Source: Thermoanaerobaculia bacterium (lineage in GTDB: Bacteria > Acidobacteriota > Thermoanaerobaculia > UBA5066). Taken from it: a stretch of DNA of 64,000 nt. Numbering within the stretch: position 1 is the stretch's first letter; every line of letters begins with the position of its first letter. Positions 31,001 through 41,048 of the stretch are shown here, piece by piece. The position numbers were made by a program, and so were the translations under genes. The stretch spans positions 1 through 64,000 of the forward strand of contig JBBRRY010000002.1 of NCBI GenBank assembly GCA_038245905.1. The letters run 5' to 3'. The notes beneath the pieces are model-generated. The model did not search any database and had not been told where the DNA came from. It saw nothing but the letters and a program-made list of their open reading frames with translations.

Positions 31001-33656
31001 TCGACGCGAACGTCATGAGGCCCCAGTTCACGACGTCCTTCGTCGTGCCGACGACGTCCCGATAGACGTTCTTCGTCCAGGAGGGCTGTTTGCCGCCTCC
31101 AAACAGGATCACGGTTGGATCGCCCGCCTTGGGTACCTGGGTCTGGCCTCCGATTACGGCGCCGCCCTTTGTCTGCCAGCCCGCCGGGAAGGACAGAGGC
31201 GTCCCCGTCGTGCCGGGGATGGAGTTTCCACTGACTTCCGTCGTCTCGTCCATCAGCGTGGGAACCAGGCCGTTGAGCCCGAGGGGCGGACCCGGGTCCG
31301 GTCCATAGACGATGTCGTTGTTCGGAGGAATCCCGTAGCCATAGTTCAACGTCCAGGCCCAGCCGTCGTACGTCGCGGCCGTTCCGTAGGGCGCGGCCGC
31401 GTAGACGGTCGGAGGGTTCGCCAGGTCGGAGTACTTGCGGGAGCCCGTCGTCGGGACCCCCGGGTGATAAAGCGGCGGGTGGGCGGGATCGTAGTTCGAG
31501 AACAGGAACGGCGCGTTCGGATCGGGCCAGTCCCATGTTCCCCTGGAGTAATAGATTCCGGGCTTTTCACCCTCGACATCCGTCGAGGTCGGCAACGCAC
31601 AGGCCGGCAATCCGACGCCGCAGTCGTGATTGTAGGCTCCCACCGTGGGCTGTGACGGAGCCGTGTACTTCCATGCGCCCGCTGTCTCGCTGTGCAGGAT
31701 CGGATCCGGCCAATCGTTCGCGCTCGCCCCGCCGTTCGGCGCCTTGTAGTCCGTGTAGATCGTCACGGAGTCACCCAGGACGTTCTTGAGGATCGCGAGC
31801 CGCGACGGCTGCTCCCACCGAAGCGCGTAGCGCCAGCGGTGGCATCCCGCGCCCGCGGCGGGCGGCACGGGCGTGGGCGTGGCGACGGCCATGAGAGCCG
31901 CGATTCCCATCGAAACGCCATGGGGCTCGCGCGGGAGGAAGGCCTCGAAAGAATCCGAATCTGAAGCGAGGTCCGCTGGCCCGTGACCTGACCCGCTCCA
32001 CGCAACCATCGCCACCGGCTCCGGCAGGCCACGAGGCCGCGCCGAGGCCTGGACCGGCTGCCGTTCGTCCGGCTTCACGAGCGGGTTTCTCGGGATGTTG
32101 AGGTCGTTGATCTTGACGGTCGGCGTGCGCGTCGGCGTGCCCGTGGGCGTCCAAGACGGCGTGTACGTGAACGTGGGCGTCGTCGTGGGCGTCACCGTCG
32201 GGGTCGACGTGGGCGTCGTCGTCGGCGTCGGCGTAAGAGTCGGCGTATTCGTCGGCGTCACGCTCGGCGTCGAAGTCGGCGTCACGGTCAACGTGGGCGT
32301 CGACGTGGGCGTCATCGAGGGCGTAAGGGTCGGCGTGACCGAGGGCGTGTTCGTGGGCGTCGGGGAAATCGTCGGAGTCCACGTCGGCGTGTAGGTCGGC
32401 GTGACCGTGGGCGTATACGTCGGCGTCCCCGTCCACGTCGGCGTGTTCGAAGGAGTCGACGTCGGCGTCACGGTGGGCGTCGGCGTGACCGTGGGCGTGG
32501 TGGTCGTGGTCGAGGTCGGCGTCACGGTCGGCGTCACGGTCGGCGTCGGCGTCCCGGTCGGCGTGTCCGTCGGCGTCCCGGTCGGCGTGACCGTGGGCGT
32601 CCGCGTCGCCGTGCCGGTCGGCGTCGACGTGGGCGTCACCGTGGAAGTCGGCGTCACGGTCGGCGTACTCGTGGGCGTGTCCGTCACCGTGAAGGTCGGC
32701 GTCACCGTGGCCGTATCCGTGGGCAGATTGGTCGGCGTGCTCGTCACCGTGGCCGTCCGCGTCGGCGTGTGCGTCGGCGTGCGCGTGGGCGTTCTCGTCC
32801 GCGTCGACGTTCTCGTCGGTGTCCGGGTCGGCGTGTTCGAGGCCGTCGACGTCGGCGTGACCGTGGGCGTGATCGTCGGCGTCGGTGTGATCGTCGGCGT
32901 TCTCGAAGCCGTGTAGGTCGGCGTGACGGTGGGCGTGATCGTCGGCGTCGGCGTTCGGGTCGGCGTGTCCGAGGCCGTCGAGGTGGGCGTCAGGGTAGGC
33001 GTGTTCGTCGAGGTCCCCGTCGGCGTCACGCTTGGGGTCGAGGTCGGCGTCGGCGTCAGCGACGGCGTGTTCGTCACCGTGAAGGTCGGCGTGACCGTCG
33101 GCGTGGACGAGGGGGTGCTCGAGGGCGTATTCGTGGGCGTCACGGTCAGCGTGGGCGTGACCGTCGGCGTTGAGGTCGGCGTCTCGGACGCCGTCGAGGT
33201 CGGCGTCAGCGTCAGCGTGGGCGTGAACGTCAGCGAGGGCGTCAGCGTGGGCGTCTCGGTAGGCGTCACGGTGGGCGTGATCGTTTCCGTGGACGTTGGC
33301 GTCACCGTTGGCGTCACCGTCGGCGTTTCCGTCGGCGTGACCGTCGGCGTATTGGTCGGGCCCGGGTTGCCGTCGAGGCATGTCACGCTCCAGACGAGCC
33401 GGCCGACGGAATCCTCGTCCTCGACGAGGGAGTGTCCGGTCACGTCCCAGCGCATCGAGCCGCTGACGTCCTGGAGGATGAGGAGGTTCGAGCGGAGAAG
33501 CTGCGCGGTGAGCTGGCGAAGGGGGTCGAACCCTTCCGTTCGGATCGCACCCTGCACAGTGCCCGCCCCGCCAAAGGCCATGGCGAAGAGAAGCAGGAAG
33601 GCGCACCCTTTCCTCACCGAGACCGGAAGAGCGACGGAGCGGCGAGGTTTCGTCAT
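28077..33656 (-). CDS. pilY1: PilY1/PilC-type pilus tip adhesin with vWA domain and Thr/Pro insertion
   Basis: Signal peptide; vWA motifs [33 protein letters not shown]; propeller motifs [27 protein letters not shown]...DGAE, GDTNG; C-terminal WWKE; follows pilX. Start ATG 33656 or TTG 33671. Confidence 0.9.
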   Translation of the reverse strand: MTKPRRSVALPVSVRKGCAFLLLFAMAFGGAGTVQGAIRTEGFDPLRQLTAQLLRSNLLILQDVSGSMRWDVTGHSLVEDEDSVGRLVWSVTCLDGNPGPTNTPTVTPTETPTVTPTVTPTSTETITPTVTPTETPTLTPSLTFTPTLTLTPTSTASETPTSTPTVTPTLTVTPTNTPSSTPSSTPTVTPTFTVTNTPSLTPTPTSTPSVTPTGTSTNTPTLTPTSTASDTPTRTPTPTITPTVTPTYTASRTPTITPTPTITPTVTPTSTASNTPTRTPTRTSTRTRTPTRTPTHTPTRTATVTSTPTNLPTDTATVTPTFTVTDTPTSTPTVTPTSTVTPTSTPTGTATRTPTVTPTGTPTDTPTGTPTPTVTPTVTPTSTTTTTPTVTPTPTVTPTSTPSNTPTWTGTPTYTPTVTPTYTPTWTPTISPTPTNTPSVTPTLTPSMTPTSTPTLTVTPTSTPSVTPTNTPTLTPTPTTTPTSTPTVTPTTTPTFTYTPSWTPTGTPTRTPTVKINDLNIPRNPLVKPDERQPVQASARPRGLPEPVAMVAWSGSGHGPADLASDSDSFEAFLPREPHGVSMGIAALMAVATPTPVPPAAGAGCHRWRYALRWEQPSRLAILKNVLGDSVTIYTDYKAPNGGASANDWPDPILHSETAGAWKYTAPSQPTVGAYNHDCGVGLPACALPTSTDVEGEKPGIYYSRGTWDWPDPNAPFLFSNYDPAHPPLYHPGVPTTGSRKYSDLANPPTVYAAAPYGTAATYDGWAWTLNYGYGIPPNNDIVYGPDPGPPLGLNGLVPTLMDETTEVSGNSIPGTTGTPLSFPAGWQTKGGAVIGGQTQVPKAGDPTVILFGGGKQPSWTKNVYRDVVGTTKDVVNWGLMTFASTTGACGDGTNWDEKVPIAIVDSGSGDVTAIESYMRLHYFNTGPNPGLGVGGGTPIKGAIDQADLAMTRTWGADPRKACNRAYGVILCTDGESNVCNTGAPADSAWGAGCTPDKNGLDFTNFPPGAAEAMYLNAHQAAAGDAIVRTRTFAIGISSDISRCELNRVAYRGRTDANAKKKDAGFVLYDTTDPPVLRGDIRLPHISPAPETAGNAVPTNESGPGAPNPGINHFGPDQTVPTAADLKDYAFFASDAKALYNAFIKIVQSSASGDYTTSAPVSGAAVGLGNKVVLTSATYPLWQGHIKAKDVTNPLAIVDVWDAGAVLTTPSQPWHPTPDGTAGTPRRQLFTWDPATGALIEIIAANAGAIDALCGGCGITTAGAAIPGPIGPLGAGSVIDFMRGNDGTEASVKRNWLLGPSINVTPAIVGPPQRFFQLGNVSSHSSFEGTYGSRRKLAWLGADDGFLHAFDLEDGAEVIALLPPNLIASQIDLYNNFFDPDSSVSTDTGQNAGFLFDQHTWGIASSLRFADIWFDAPTNSYKTIGFLTEGAGGDLVAAIDITHPYPGRIIAPAVAADPGYGAFGGANAGKPVDVLWTKNSSDYAGLFGSWSVPAVAADTFITSKMTFGAGINPASIRNAQLSANIFVVDPTVGTLLSTTAVVPQTPPPDPLVGHQTFTDSILFQTNASGFQNDNLANLSLQGDTNGRLNAIFGAWAAPTSTVLIDLNAAAGGPQPLYYSPAANGIGTLGYQVYALASGSFYETSPTVSGWNVNRSGAPPAAYPGLPVFVPTLFVATNPYKIGDPLFGTVALGAGALAPHVIKEVIAGIPLQSGACPGPTCDPTYIAGVHTSLGIHTQITSSPLLVTNATSPTVFFTVFDPDFGCNGYSYILKVVFAISAGGVPKWGPTGSPPGFTANQATIVYAAGAGASSGLVVTGDGAFAAQSGVGKDVAKLIQVNIPPLALPGLPNFTPVWWKEQK
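32115..33359 (-). repeat. Coding low-complexity repeat (Thr-Pro-Thr-X)n, about 415 aa, within pilY1
   Basis: Near-strict Thr/Ser at every second residue; DNA is degenerate ACGCCGACN/ACGCCCACG repeats; includes 22-aa higher-order units. Confidence 0.97.
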
Positions 33657-33680
33657 GGCTTTCTCATCCAATCACGGCTC

Positions 33681-34340
33681 TCAAGGGCCGATTGCGGCGG
33701 TCGCCGACCCGGTAATGGTGTTCGTTCCACCTTGGTTCACGTTTTTCTGTGCTCCGGTCGATCCCCCGCCGGTCGTCAGGAGGAGCTGCTCCTCGACGAT
33801 CTTCGTCACGACGACACCCGCCGCGAGCCGCACGGTTCCGACCGAAATGAGGTTCACGATGTTGTCGTTGTCGACGGTGTCGGTGCCCGTCGCGTCATCC
33901 ACGTTGTTGCGAAGGTAGAGCGAGTATGTGACCCGATCCACGACGGAGACCCCTGCGGGTGGCGGGATCGGGACGTCGAGGTATGCCCGGCGATCCAACA
34001 GGAGGCAGCCGGCGTTCGAAATGGTGGAAAGGTCCAGCACCTGCGCGTCGTATCCCCCGCCGGGCACCTTCAGAGTCGGTGCCGAGCGGGCCGCAAGAAT
34101 GAGCGACAGAGTCTGGACGCCACAGGCCGCCGGGGCGAGGTTGATGACTTCGGTCAGGAGGGCCTCGCCGCGCCTGAGGCCCGCGTCCGCCGCGTAGAAG
34201 CCCGCCTTCGAGATGCGCGTGTTGCCCGACAGGCGGTCCTCCATGGACGTGAAGTACGCGATGCCGACTCCCACGATCGTCAGGACGAGGAGAACGAGGA
34301 TCACCGAGATGAGGGCGCTGCCGCGTGTTCTCATCGTCAT
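33681..34340 (-). CDS. pilX: Minor pilin PilX
   Basis: RG|SALISVILVLLVLTIVG with no Glu5, as expected for PilX; FYAADAGL; ATGA overlap with pilW. Confidence 0.85.
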   Translation of the reverse strand: MTMRTRGSALISVILVLLVLTIVGVGIAYFTSMEDRLSGNTRISKAGFYAADAGLRRGEALLTEVINLAPAACGVQTLSLILAARSAPTLKVPGGGYDAQVLDLSTISNAGCLLLDRRAYLDVPIPPPAGVSVVDRVTYSLYLRNNVDDATGTDTVDNDNIVNLISVGTVRLAAGVVVTKIVEEQLLLTTGGGSTGAQKNVNQGGTNTITGSATAAIGP

Positions 34341-35767
34341 CCCCTCGGAATCCGGTTGCGCAGCATCAGGGTCGCCGTCGCGCGGTAGTGGTCGAACTGA
34401 TCGTAAAGAGGCTTCAACCCGACCATCGTCACGGCGTGATCCTCCGAAGCCGGACGGAAATGCTGGTTAGGGGTCTTGGTCGGGTCCGCCACAACCAGGT
34501 CGTCATCCGCGCCCACGTTCGTGAGCTGACGGGCGCCGATCGGGAGGAGCGGGGATCGCCCCGTGACGGAGAACCTGAGGCCGATCACGTTTGCGATGTC
34601 GAGAGCGGGAGGACCCGCGGCGAAATTCGGCCCCGCCTGGAAGGGAACGCGCCCGGTGCATCCGGGCGCCGCCAGCGCCGCGCATCCGGGAGCCGCCGGA
34701 TTGATCGTCTGGGAGGCCGTATTCCAGACGAGCCCGCCCCCTCCCGCGGCCGCGTCCTGCGAGAACACGTAGGCGACCTGCAGATCCTCCACGTTCTCCA
34801 TCACGTTCGTGAAGGCCACACCCGGGTTGTCCGTGTTCGGGTCGAAGAGACCGAGCTTCTGCTGCAGCTTCGGAAGCCCGTCGACGCTGTCCGTGAGGAC
34901 GCGGAAGGAGATCACTTGAAGACCCGTGACGAGGAAAACCGGATCCGTGAGGCTCGCGACTGGGTTCGGGGCGGCGGGAAGCGCCGCCGTGGCCGTATCG
35001 GCCGTCACGTGAATGTTCTTGAAAGAACCCGCGGTCGTGTCGGTGCAGAGCCCGTCCACCAGATAACCCGCGGCCGGAATGCTCACGTAGGACCATCTCC
35101 CGTTCCTGTCGACGAGCATGAGGAGGGCGCTCGGCGTCGTTCCGTCAGATCCCGTCGCCGCCTGAAAGGCCAACCGATTCGCCGCATCGTCATTCAACGG
35201 GCCGCAGCCGACCCGGAAGTTGAACCACAAATCGACGTTCGCCCCGAGCGCCGGGAACCCCGTCGGCCCAGGCCAGGCCTGGTACCGGGCGGGATCGAAG
35301 GGAGCCACCATCGTGATCACGTCGGTTCCGACATCGCCGAACGCGGTCGAGGTATTGGCGGGCCTGAGCCCGCTCGCCGGCAGGAGAGAGTTCAAGGGCT
35401 CCGCACCCAACCCAATCCCGACGAGGTTGTTGTACGAGGCCTGCGTCGAGACCCCGTTGAGGTTGTAATACATGACCAGCGCGTTCGGGCTCGGGTGCGC
35501 GGAATCGACGTAGTTGGCGTCGGAAGCACCCGCGAAATAGTATGAGAGGTAGTCGGTCGCGCGGCGTGCCGCCTGGCGGGGAAGCATGAAGTACTGCTGC
35601 CGTTCCGCGAAGGCGCGCATCTGGAAAAGCATCGTCATCGCCACGACGAGGATGATGACGAGGAGCAGCAGCGAAACCATCGCCTCCAGAAGCGTGAAGC
35701 CCCGGGACAGGCCCCGGCGCCCGCGGCCATGGCTCTTGCTACTGTTACTGTGTGAACTGGGCCACAT
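34337..35767 (-). CDS. pilW: Minor pilin PilW
   Basis: RG|FTLLEAMVSLLLL, ENVEDLQVAY and C-terminal LRN; located between pilV and pilX. Confidence 0.87.
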   Translation of the reverse strand: MWPSSHSNSSKSHGRGRRGLSRGFTLLEAMVSLLLLVIILVVAMTMLFQMRAFAERQQYFMLPRQAARRATDYLSYYFAGASDANYVDSAHPSPNALVMYYNLNGVSTQASYNNLVGIGLGAEPLNSLLPASGLRPANTSTAFGDVGTDVITMVAPFDPARYQAWPGPTGFPALGANVDLWFNFRVGCGPLNDDAANRLAFQAATGSDGTTPSALLMLVDRNGRWSYVSIPAAGYLVDGLCTDTTAGSFKNIHVTADTATAALPAAPNPVASLTDPVFLVTGLQVISFRVLTDSVDGLPKLQQKLGLFDPNTDNPGVAFTNVMENVEDLQVAYVFSQDAAAGGGGLVWNTASQTINPAAPGCAALAAPGCTGRVPFQAGPNFAAGPPALDIANVIGLRFSVTGRSPLLPIGARQLTNVGADDDLVVADPTKTPNQHFRPASEDHAVTMVGLKPLYDQFDHYRATATLMLRNRIPRG

Positions 35768-36311
35768 AGTCCACTCTCTTGCCGCCGCCGTTCGTGCCGA
35801 TTCCCAGGTAACGCGAATCGCCGGCAGCGGCGGCGGCGGTCGTCGGCACTGCCGAGACCGTGATCACCCAGACGGCGACGCCGCTGTTCAGCGTCTGGTT
35901 CGCGTCTTGCGCGATCCTGTAGCTGATCTGGTACGGGCCGTTCGACGTTTCCATCACGTTCGCTCCCGCAGGACCCCAGAACGCCCACCCGGAATCGCCG
36001 CTGAGGTACGGAAGATTCCTGGTGACCGCACCGAGCGCGGGGATGTCGGTGGTGCCGATCACGGCGTCCGTCGCAAGACCGCGCGACGTCACGTAGTAGT
36101 ACCAGCGGATGTTCTCGACGACCTGCTGGCACTTGAAGAGCAGCTGCGTGCGCGCCGCCGAGCCCTTGTTGACGATGAGCGACACCGAGAACATCTGGAG
36201 AATGCCCACGAGGACGAGCGCCATGATGCTCATGGCGAGGAGCACCTCGACGAAGCTGCTGCCACGGCAGGAGCGGAAGCGGCGGTGCATGCGGAAGTTA
36301 CGCTCAGCCAT
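35745..36311 (-). CDS. pilV: Minor pilin PilV
   Basis: RG|SSFVEVLLAMSIMALVLVG (Glu5 present, Ser1); position in the fimT-pilV-pilW-pilX-pilY1 order. Confidence 0.8.
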   Translation of the reverse strand: MAERNFRMHRRFRSCRGSSFVEVLLAMSIMALVLVGILQMFSVSLIVNKGSAARTQLLFKCQQVVENIRWYYYVTSRGLATDAVIGTTDIPALGAVTRNLPYLSGDSGWAFWGPAGANVMETSNGPYQISYRIAQDANQTLNSGVAVWVITVSAVPTTAAAAAGDSRYLGIGTNGGGKRVDYVAQFTQ

Positions 36312-37122
36312 TTTGATCCACCCACGCAGGCGTAGAGTCCTTGATCTGTTTGACGACGCGAACGCTCCAGACGGGGTTGATGTTGAGAATGTACCGCGTC
36401 GGAGGCTGGAAGGTCTGGTTGACGACGTCCACGTGCGTGAAGACGAGCGTGGCCGGCCCCGCGATCTGCCGGCCCGTCGAAGCGGGGAGGCCGGCGTTCG
36501 GAGCGAAGGGCTTCGGGCCGACCGCCATCGCGCGCCCCTGGAGGTCGCACATGATGACGCGCGGAGCGGTCCAGAGCAGGGCGTTGTCCGACCAGAGCGT
36601 CGACTGGATCTCGGCCGTGTTCAAGACGGACAGGCAGAACTCCTGGTCCACACCGGAGATCCCCAGCGTTCCGGAGAGCCCCTTCACGATGATGTTGTAC
36701 TGGTCGATGAGGAGATCGGGGCATGCGGCCGTCGGCACCCTCTGAAAACATTCGAGGACTTCGTCTCCCGTGGACGACAAGACGCCGCCGGGAGCGCTCT
36801 GGTCCCCGACCAGGTAGATGGGGAGAGTACGGGAGGCTCCCGCGATGACGAGAGGACCCACCTGCACGAACACCGGGTTGCCGCGGCGGAACATCTCCGA
36901 GTACGCGCGCTGGAGGAGGACCTTGATGTCCGAGGAGGCGCTCTGGAGCTTCTGGCGTTTCCAGGCCCTCGAGATCTCGCCTCCGCCGATGACGGCGATG
37001 ATGCCGAGGATCATGATGACCACCAACAGCTCGACGAGGCTGAATCCCCTCCGGCCGCGCGGACGGGCCGAGCACGGGATCGGACTCAGGAGCAAAAGCG
37101 GCCGGTTCTTGCGGTTCTTCAT
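36304..37122 (-). CDS. fimT: Minor pilin FimT/FimU (GspH-like)
   Basis: RG|FSLVELLVVIMILGIIAVIG; first gene of the minor pilin operon; ATG at 37122. Confidence 0.82.
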   Translation of the reverse strand: MKNRKNRPLLLLSPIPCSARPRGRRGFSLVELLVVIMILGIIAVIGGGEISRAWKRQKLQSASSDIKVLLQRAYSEMFRRGNPVFVQVGPLVIAGASRTLPIYLVGDQSAPGGVLSSTGDEVLECFQRVPTAACPDLLIDQYNIIVKGLSGTLGISGVDQEFCLSVLNTAEIQSTLWSDNALLWTAPRVIMCDLQGRAMAVGPKPFAPNAGLPASTGRQIAGPATLVFTHVDVVNQTFQPPTRYILNINPVWSVRVVKQIKDSTPAWVDQNG

Positions 37123-37143
37123 CGAGAAAGTCCGTCCCTTAAA

Positions 37144-37160
37144 AGCGAGGTTCGTGCCCA
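37144..37160 (-). promoter_or_regulatory. Putative sigma54 -24/-12 promoter of the fimT-pilY1 operon
   Basis: Minus strand TGGGCACGAACCTCGCT = GG-N10-GC with a GGCACG core, about 23 nt upstream of the ATG. Confidence 0.65.
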
Positions 37161-37346
37161 ACCTCTTTCTTGGAAGCCAAATGATTCCTGGAAAGCATGT
37201 TACACCCGTCGAGAGGCAAGGTCATCACCGCCATCCCACGCACGAACAGACACTTTTCGTAACACTCAATGCCCGGCGGCGGACGATTCCCGCGCAAGGC
37301 GCGAACCGGCGCGCTCGGCTACGATAGAGAACATGGAGCTTCGCTG

Positions 37347-39872
37347 ATGGTCTTCGAGAAGCTGCGCGGCCTGCGTTCCGAGCCGGCCTTCGTCGCCCAG
37401 CTCCGCGAGCATAAGTGGACGAGCGACCAGCAGAAGAGAGAGCTCCTCGAGAAATTCCAGAGCGTCTCGAAGCCGGACGTCGAATGGGTCGCCTGGACGG
37501 CCCTCGACCAGACCCCGGAGATTCGGGCGGCGGGCCTCGCGATCCTGAAACGGCGCCACGATCGGGCCGGCCTCGAGGCGCTCGTCCCTCTCCTCAAGAC
37601 CCGCTCGGAGGCCGTCCGGCGCGCGGTCATGCGTTTTCTGAAAGACCTCGCGGGCCCGCAGCTCGGACCTTTCCTCCAGGAGGTGGCGTCCCGCGGCGAC
37701 GACTTTGCGCGGCTCGCGGCCCTCGATCTCGCGCGTGAGCTGCCCGCCGAGGCCGCCTTCGACATCGCGCGCCGAGTCCTCACCGCGGCGAACCCCGCGG
37801 TCCGCGCCCGCGCCCTGAAGGCCGTGAGCGAGATGAGCTTCGAGGGAAGCGCGGCGGTGGCCGCGAGCCTTGCCGTTCCCCTCCTCCAGGACGAAAGCGA
37901 GGAGATCCGGTACTCCGCCCTCGCCGTTCTCGAGAATAATCCGAACGAGAGCTACTTCCCGGACGTTCTCCAGATGGCCCGCACGGGCGGCGGGCGCGTC
38001 GCGGAGGCCTCGTTCGCGGCCATCAAGCGCCTGCTCGCGTCGGCCAAGCAGGATCACACCCCGGAGATCGTGCCGCTCCTGGCCGACGGGAACGCGCTCG
38101 TGCGCCAGGGCGCCGTGAATCTCCTCATGCCCTTCGCGCCGGAGCTCCTCGCGCGCCGGCTTCTCGAGCATTTCCGCGGCTCGTTCGTCTGGGTTCGCGA
38201 CCGCGCGGTCGAGACGGCCCGGGACGGTCTTCCGGGGTTCGTGAACGCGCTCCTCACGCTCACGAACGATCCCGATCCGGCGTTCGCGAAGGCGGCGTCG
38301 GAAATGACCCTTGCGCTTTCCGACGTCAAGGCGCTGCCCGTGTGGATCAAGCTCGTGGACGACCGCGACCTCTGGGTACGGACGCGGGCCGTCGAGGCGC
38401 TCGGCCGCTTCGGCAAGGGAAACGACGACGTCCTCGCGCGCCTCCTCGCAGCGCTGAAAGACCCGGAGCTCGTCATCGCGGCCGCATCGGCCGTCGGGGA
38501 TCTCGGCGACAAGCGCGCCGCGCAGCCGCTGCTCGACGCGTTCAAGGCCGCCGCGACGCGTCCCGACGTCCAGATGGAGATCCTCGACGCGATGGGACGG
38601 CTCGCGCTTGCCGAGCCCGGAGTGCAGTCGCAGATCGCGACGATCTGTTCGCGGGTCTCGCAGATGGCACAGCTGGACGCCGCGGTTCGCGAACGCGCCC
38701 GCCGGCTCGTCGGCAGGCTCTCGGGCGACGACGCCCGCGACGCGCTCCCGAATATCGAGCCGGAGATCGAGGCCGTCAACCTCTCGGGCAACATCGGCGC
38801 GCGGCTCGTCGAGTTCCTCGCCGACACGGTCAAGCACGGCGCCTCCGACCTCCACCTCGCGACCGGATTCGTGCCCCATCGGCGAGTGCAGGGCGTTCTC
38901 GAGCCCGTGGATGCGCCTCCTATGACCCGCGCGCGTGCGGCCCAGCTCATCCGCGAAGTGCTCGACGAGACGGAGTGGAAGCGTCTCGAACGCGAGCGGC
39001 AGATCGACGTCTGCCTGAAGCTGCCCGGACTCGGGCGCTTCCGCGCGAACTTCTATTCCCAGCGCGGCGGCTTCGACGCGTGCTTCCGCGTCGTCCCGAA
39101 GTCGATTCCGACGATCGAGGAGATCGGGCTCCCCTCCTCCCTCTCCGACGTCCTGAAGTTCACGCAGGGACTCGTCCTCGTGACCGGCCCCTCAGGATGC
39201 GGGAAGTCCACGACGCTCGCGGCGCTCATCGACCGAATCAACGAAACGCGCCCGTGCCACATCATCACCGTCGAGGACCCTGTCGAGTTCGTCCACCAGA
39301 ACAAAGAAGCGCTCGTGAACCAGAGGCAGGTGCCCCACCACACGGCCTCGTTCGCGCGAGCGCTCAAGGCCGCCCTCCGCGAAGACCCGGACGTGATCCT
39401 GGTGGGCGAGATGCGCGACCTCGAGACGATCTCGCTCGCGATCACGGCCTCGGAGACGGGCCACCTCGTGCTCGGCACCCTGCACACGACCAATGCTCCG
39501 GCGACGATCGACCGCGTCGTCAGCTCCTTCCCCCCCGGTCAACAGGGCCAGATCCGCGTCATGCTCGCGGACTCCCTGAAGGCCGTCGTCTCCCAGGCTC
39601 TCCTGCCGCGCCGCGGGTTCGCGGGCCGCGTGGCCGCCTTCGAGATCCTGCGGACGACCTCCGCGGTGTCCGCGCTCATCCGCGAAGGAAAGACGCATCA
39701 GCTTCCGTCCCAGCTCCAGACCGGCCAGAGCGCCGGCATGATCACGATGGACCAGTCGCTCATGAAGCTCTGCGAAGAAGGCAAGGTGGATCCCGAGAGG
39801 GCCCTCGAGAAGGCGCTCAAGAAGGAACCCTTCGAGAAGCTACTCGCCGACGAGAGGCAGGCGCTCGAATGA
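37347..39872 (+). CDS. HEAT-repeat - PilT/PilU retraction ATPase fusion
   Basis: About 470 aa of HEAT/PBS-like repeats, then ASDLHL, RFRAN, GPSGCGKSTT, EDPVE, LREDPDVILVGEMRD, GHLVLGTLHT, AVSALIRE. Confidence 0.92.
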   Translation: MVFEKLRGLRSEPAFVAQLREHKWTSDQQKRELLEKFQSVSKPDVEWVAWTALDQTPEIRAAGLAILKRRHDRAGLEALVPLLKTRSEAVRRAVMRFLKDLAGPQLGPFLQEVASRGDDFARLAALDLARELPAEAAFDIARRVLTAANPAVRARALKAVSEMSFEGSAAVAASLAVPLLQDESEEIRYSALAVLENNPNESYFPDVLQMARTGGGRVAEASFAAIKRLLASAKQDHTPEIVPLLADGNALVRQGAVNLLMPFAPELLARRLLEHFRGSFVWVRDRAVETARDGLPGFVNALLTLTNDPDPAFAKAASEMTLALSDVKALPVWIKLVDDRDLWVRTRAVEALGRFGKGNDDVLARLLAALKDPELVIAAASAVGDLGDKRAAQPLLDAFKAAATRPDVQMEILDAMGRLALAEPGVQSQIATICSRVSQMAQLDAAVRERARRLVGRLSGDDARDALPNIEPEIEAVNLSGNIGARLVEFLADTVKHGASDLHLATGFVPHRRVQGVLEPVDAPPMTRARAAQLIREVLDETEWKRLERERQIDVCLKLPGLGRFRANFYSQRGGFDACFRVVPKSIPTIEEIGLPSSLSDVLKFTQGLVLVTGPSGCGKSTTLAALIDRINETRPCHIITVEDPVEFVHQNKEALVNQRQVPHHTASFARALKAALREDPDVILVGEMRDLETISLAITASETGHLVLGTLHTTNAPATIDRVVSSFPPGQQGQIRVMLADSLKAVVSQALLPRRGFAGRVAAFEILRTTSAVSALIREGKTHQLPSQLQTGQSAGMITMDQSLMKLCEEGKVDPERALEKALKKEPFEKLLADERQALE

Positions 39873-41020
39873 GCGAGGCGCCTCCCGTCCGTGCCGCCGA
39901 GACGGGCGCGAACCGGATCGACACCCTCCTCCGGATCGTCGTCGACAAGAAGGCCTCGGACCTACACCTCGCCGTGGGCTCGCCGCCGATGGTCCGCGTG
40001 GACGGCGATCTCATACGGCTGAAGTGGCGCACGCTGACCGAGGAGGAGTACGAGAGCCTCGTCGCACCGATCGCCCCGGAGAAGCCCTTCAAGGACTGGA
40101 AGGAGACGGGCGACGCCGACTTCGGATACTCGATGGGAAAGATCGCCCGCTTCCGTGTGAACCTGTTCCGGCAGGAGCACGGGTCCGGCGCCGTACTCCG
40201 CATGATCCCGCCGAAGGTCCTCACGATCGAGGAGCTCGGACTCCCGCCCATCGTCGCGAACGTCGCGCGTGTTTCGCGCGGCCTCGTGCTCGTGACCGGC
40301 CCCACGGGATCCGGCAAGTCCACGACGCTCGCGGCCCTCCTCGACTGGATCAACCGCACCCGCGCATCGCACATCGTGACGATCGAGGACCCCGTCGAGT
40401 TCATCCACGCGCCCCTGAAGTCGCTCATCTCGCACCGCGAGCTCGGTTTCGACACGCCGACGTTCGCGGGCGCGCTCAAGGCCGCGCTTCGCGAGGACCC
40501 CGACGTCGTCCTCGTCGGCGAGCTTCGCGACCTCGAGACGATGTCGATGGCGTTGCAGGCCGCCGAGACCGGGCTCCTCGTCTTCGGCACGCTGCACACG
40601 AATTCCGCCGCGAAGGCGGTGGACCGCCTCATCGACAGCTTCCCCGCCGAGGAGCAGGAGCAGGTTCGAACCGTCCTGGCCGAAGTGCTGAAGTCGGTCG
40701 TCGCCCAGGTGCTGCTGAAGAGGAAGGGCGGCGGACGCGTGCCCGCGTTCGAGGTCCTCCGCGGCTCCTCCGCGCTCTCGAACAGCATCCGCGAAGGCAA
40801 GACGAACATGATCTCGACCCTCATCCAGACGGGCCGCAGCGGTGGGATGATCGGAATGGACCAGTACCTCGCGGATCTCGTCGCGGCAGCCACCGTCGAA
40901 CCTGAGGAGGCGCTCGAAAAGGCCCTGGACAAGGAACAGTTCAAGGGACTCGTCGAGAAGCGGAAAACCGCGGCAAACCGCCCGCCGGCGCCCGCGGCGG
41001 GCGCCGCCCTCGAACCCTGA
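39869..41020 (+). CDS. pilT: Type IV pilus retraction ATPase PilT
   Basis: ATGA overlap; ASDLHL, RFRVNLF, GPTGSGKSTT, EDPVE, LREDPDVVLVGELRD, GTLHT. Confidence 0.93.
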   Translation: MSEAPPVRAAETGANRIDTLLRIVVDKKASDLHLAVGSPPMVRVDGDLIRLKWRTLTEEEYESLVAPIAPEKPFKDWKETGDADFGYSMGKIARFRVNLFRQEHGSGAVLRMIPPKVLTIEELGLPPIVANVARVSRGLVLVTGPTGSGKSTTLAALLDWINRTRASHIVTIEDPVEFIHAPLKSLISHRELGFDTPTFAGALKAALREDPDVVLVGELRDLETMSMALQAAETGLLVFGTLHTNSAAKAVDRLIDSFPAEEQEQVRTVLAEVLKSVVAQVLLKRKGGGRVPAFEVLRGSSALSNSIREGKTNMISTLIQTGRSGGMIGMDQYLADLVAAATVEPEEALEKALDKEQFKGLVEKRKTAANRPPAPAAGAALEP

Positions 41021-41048
41021 GAGCAACTCCCGATCGGAGAGGGAAGGC

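Noticed and set aside
32115-33359. Repeat tract as a CRISPR array or an ice-binding TxT solenoid
   Set aside because: No constant repeat with unique spacers and no cas genes; Pro about every fourth residue is incompatible with a beta solenoid.
32095-33918. Plus-strand ORFs of (VGV)n and the minus-strand (HADAD)n ORF 31771..33606
   Set aside because: Antisense and alternative-frame shadows of the pilY1 Thr/Pro repeat; the pilY1 frame has the signal peptide and vWA motifs.
37198-37264. TGTTAC...GTAACA inverted repeat in the fimT/pilT intergenic region
   Set aside because: Only 6 bp, 55 nt apart, and not repeated at the other pilus promoters; compatible with chance.
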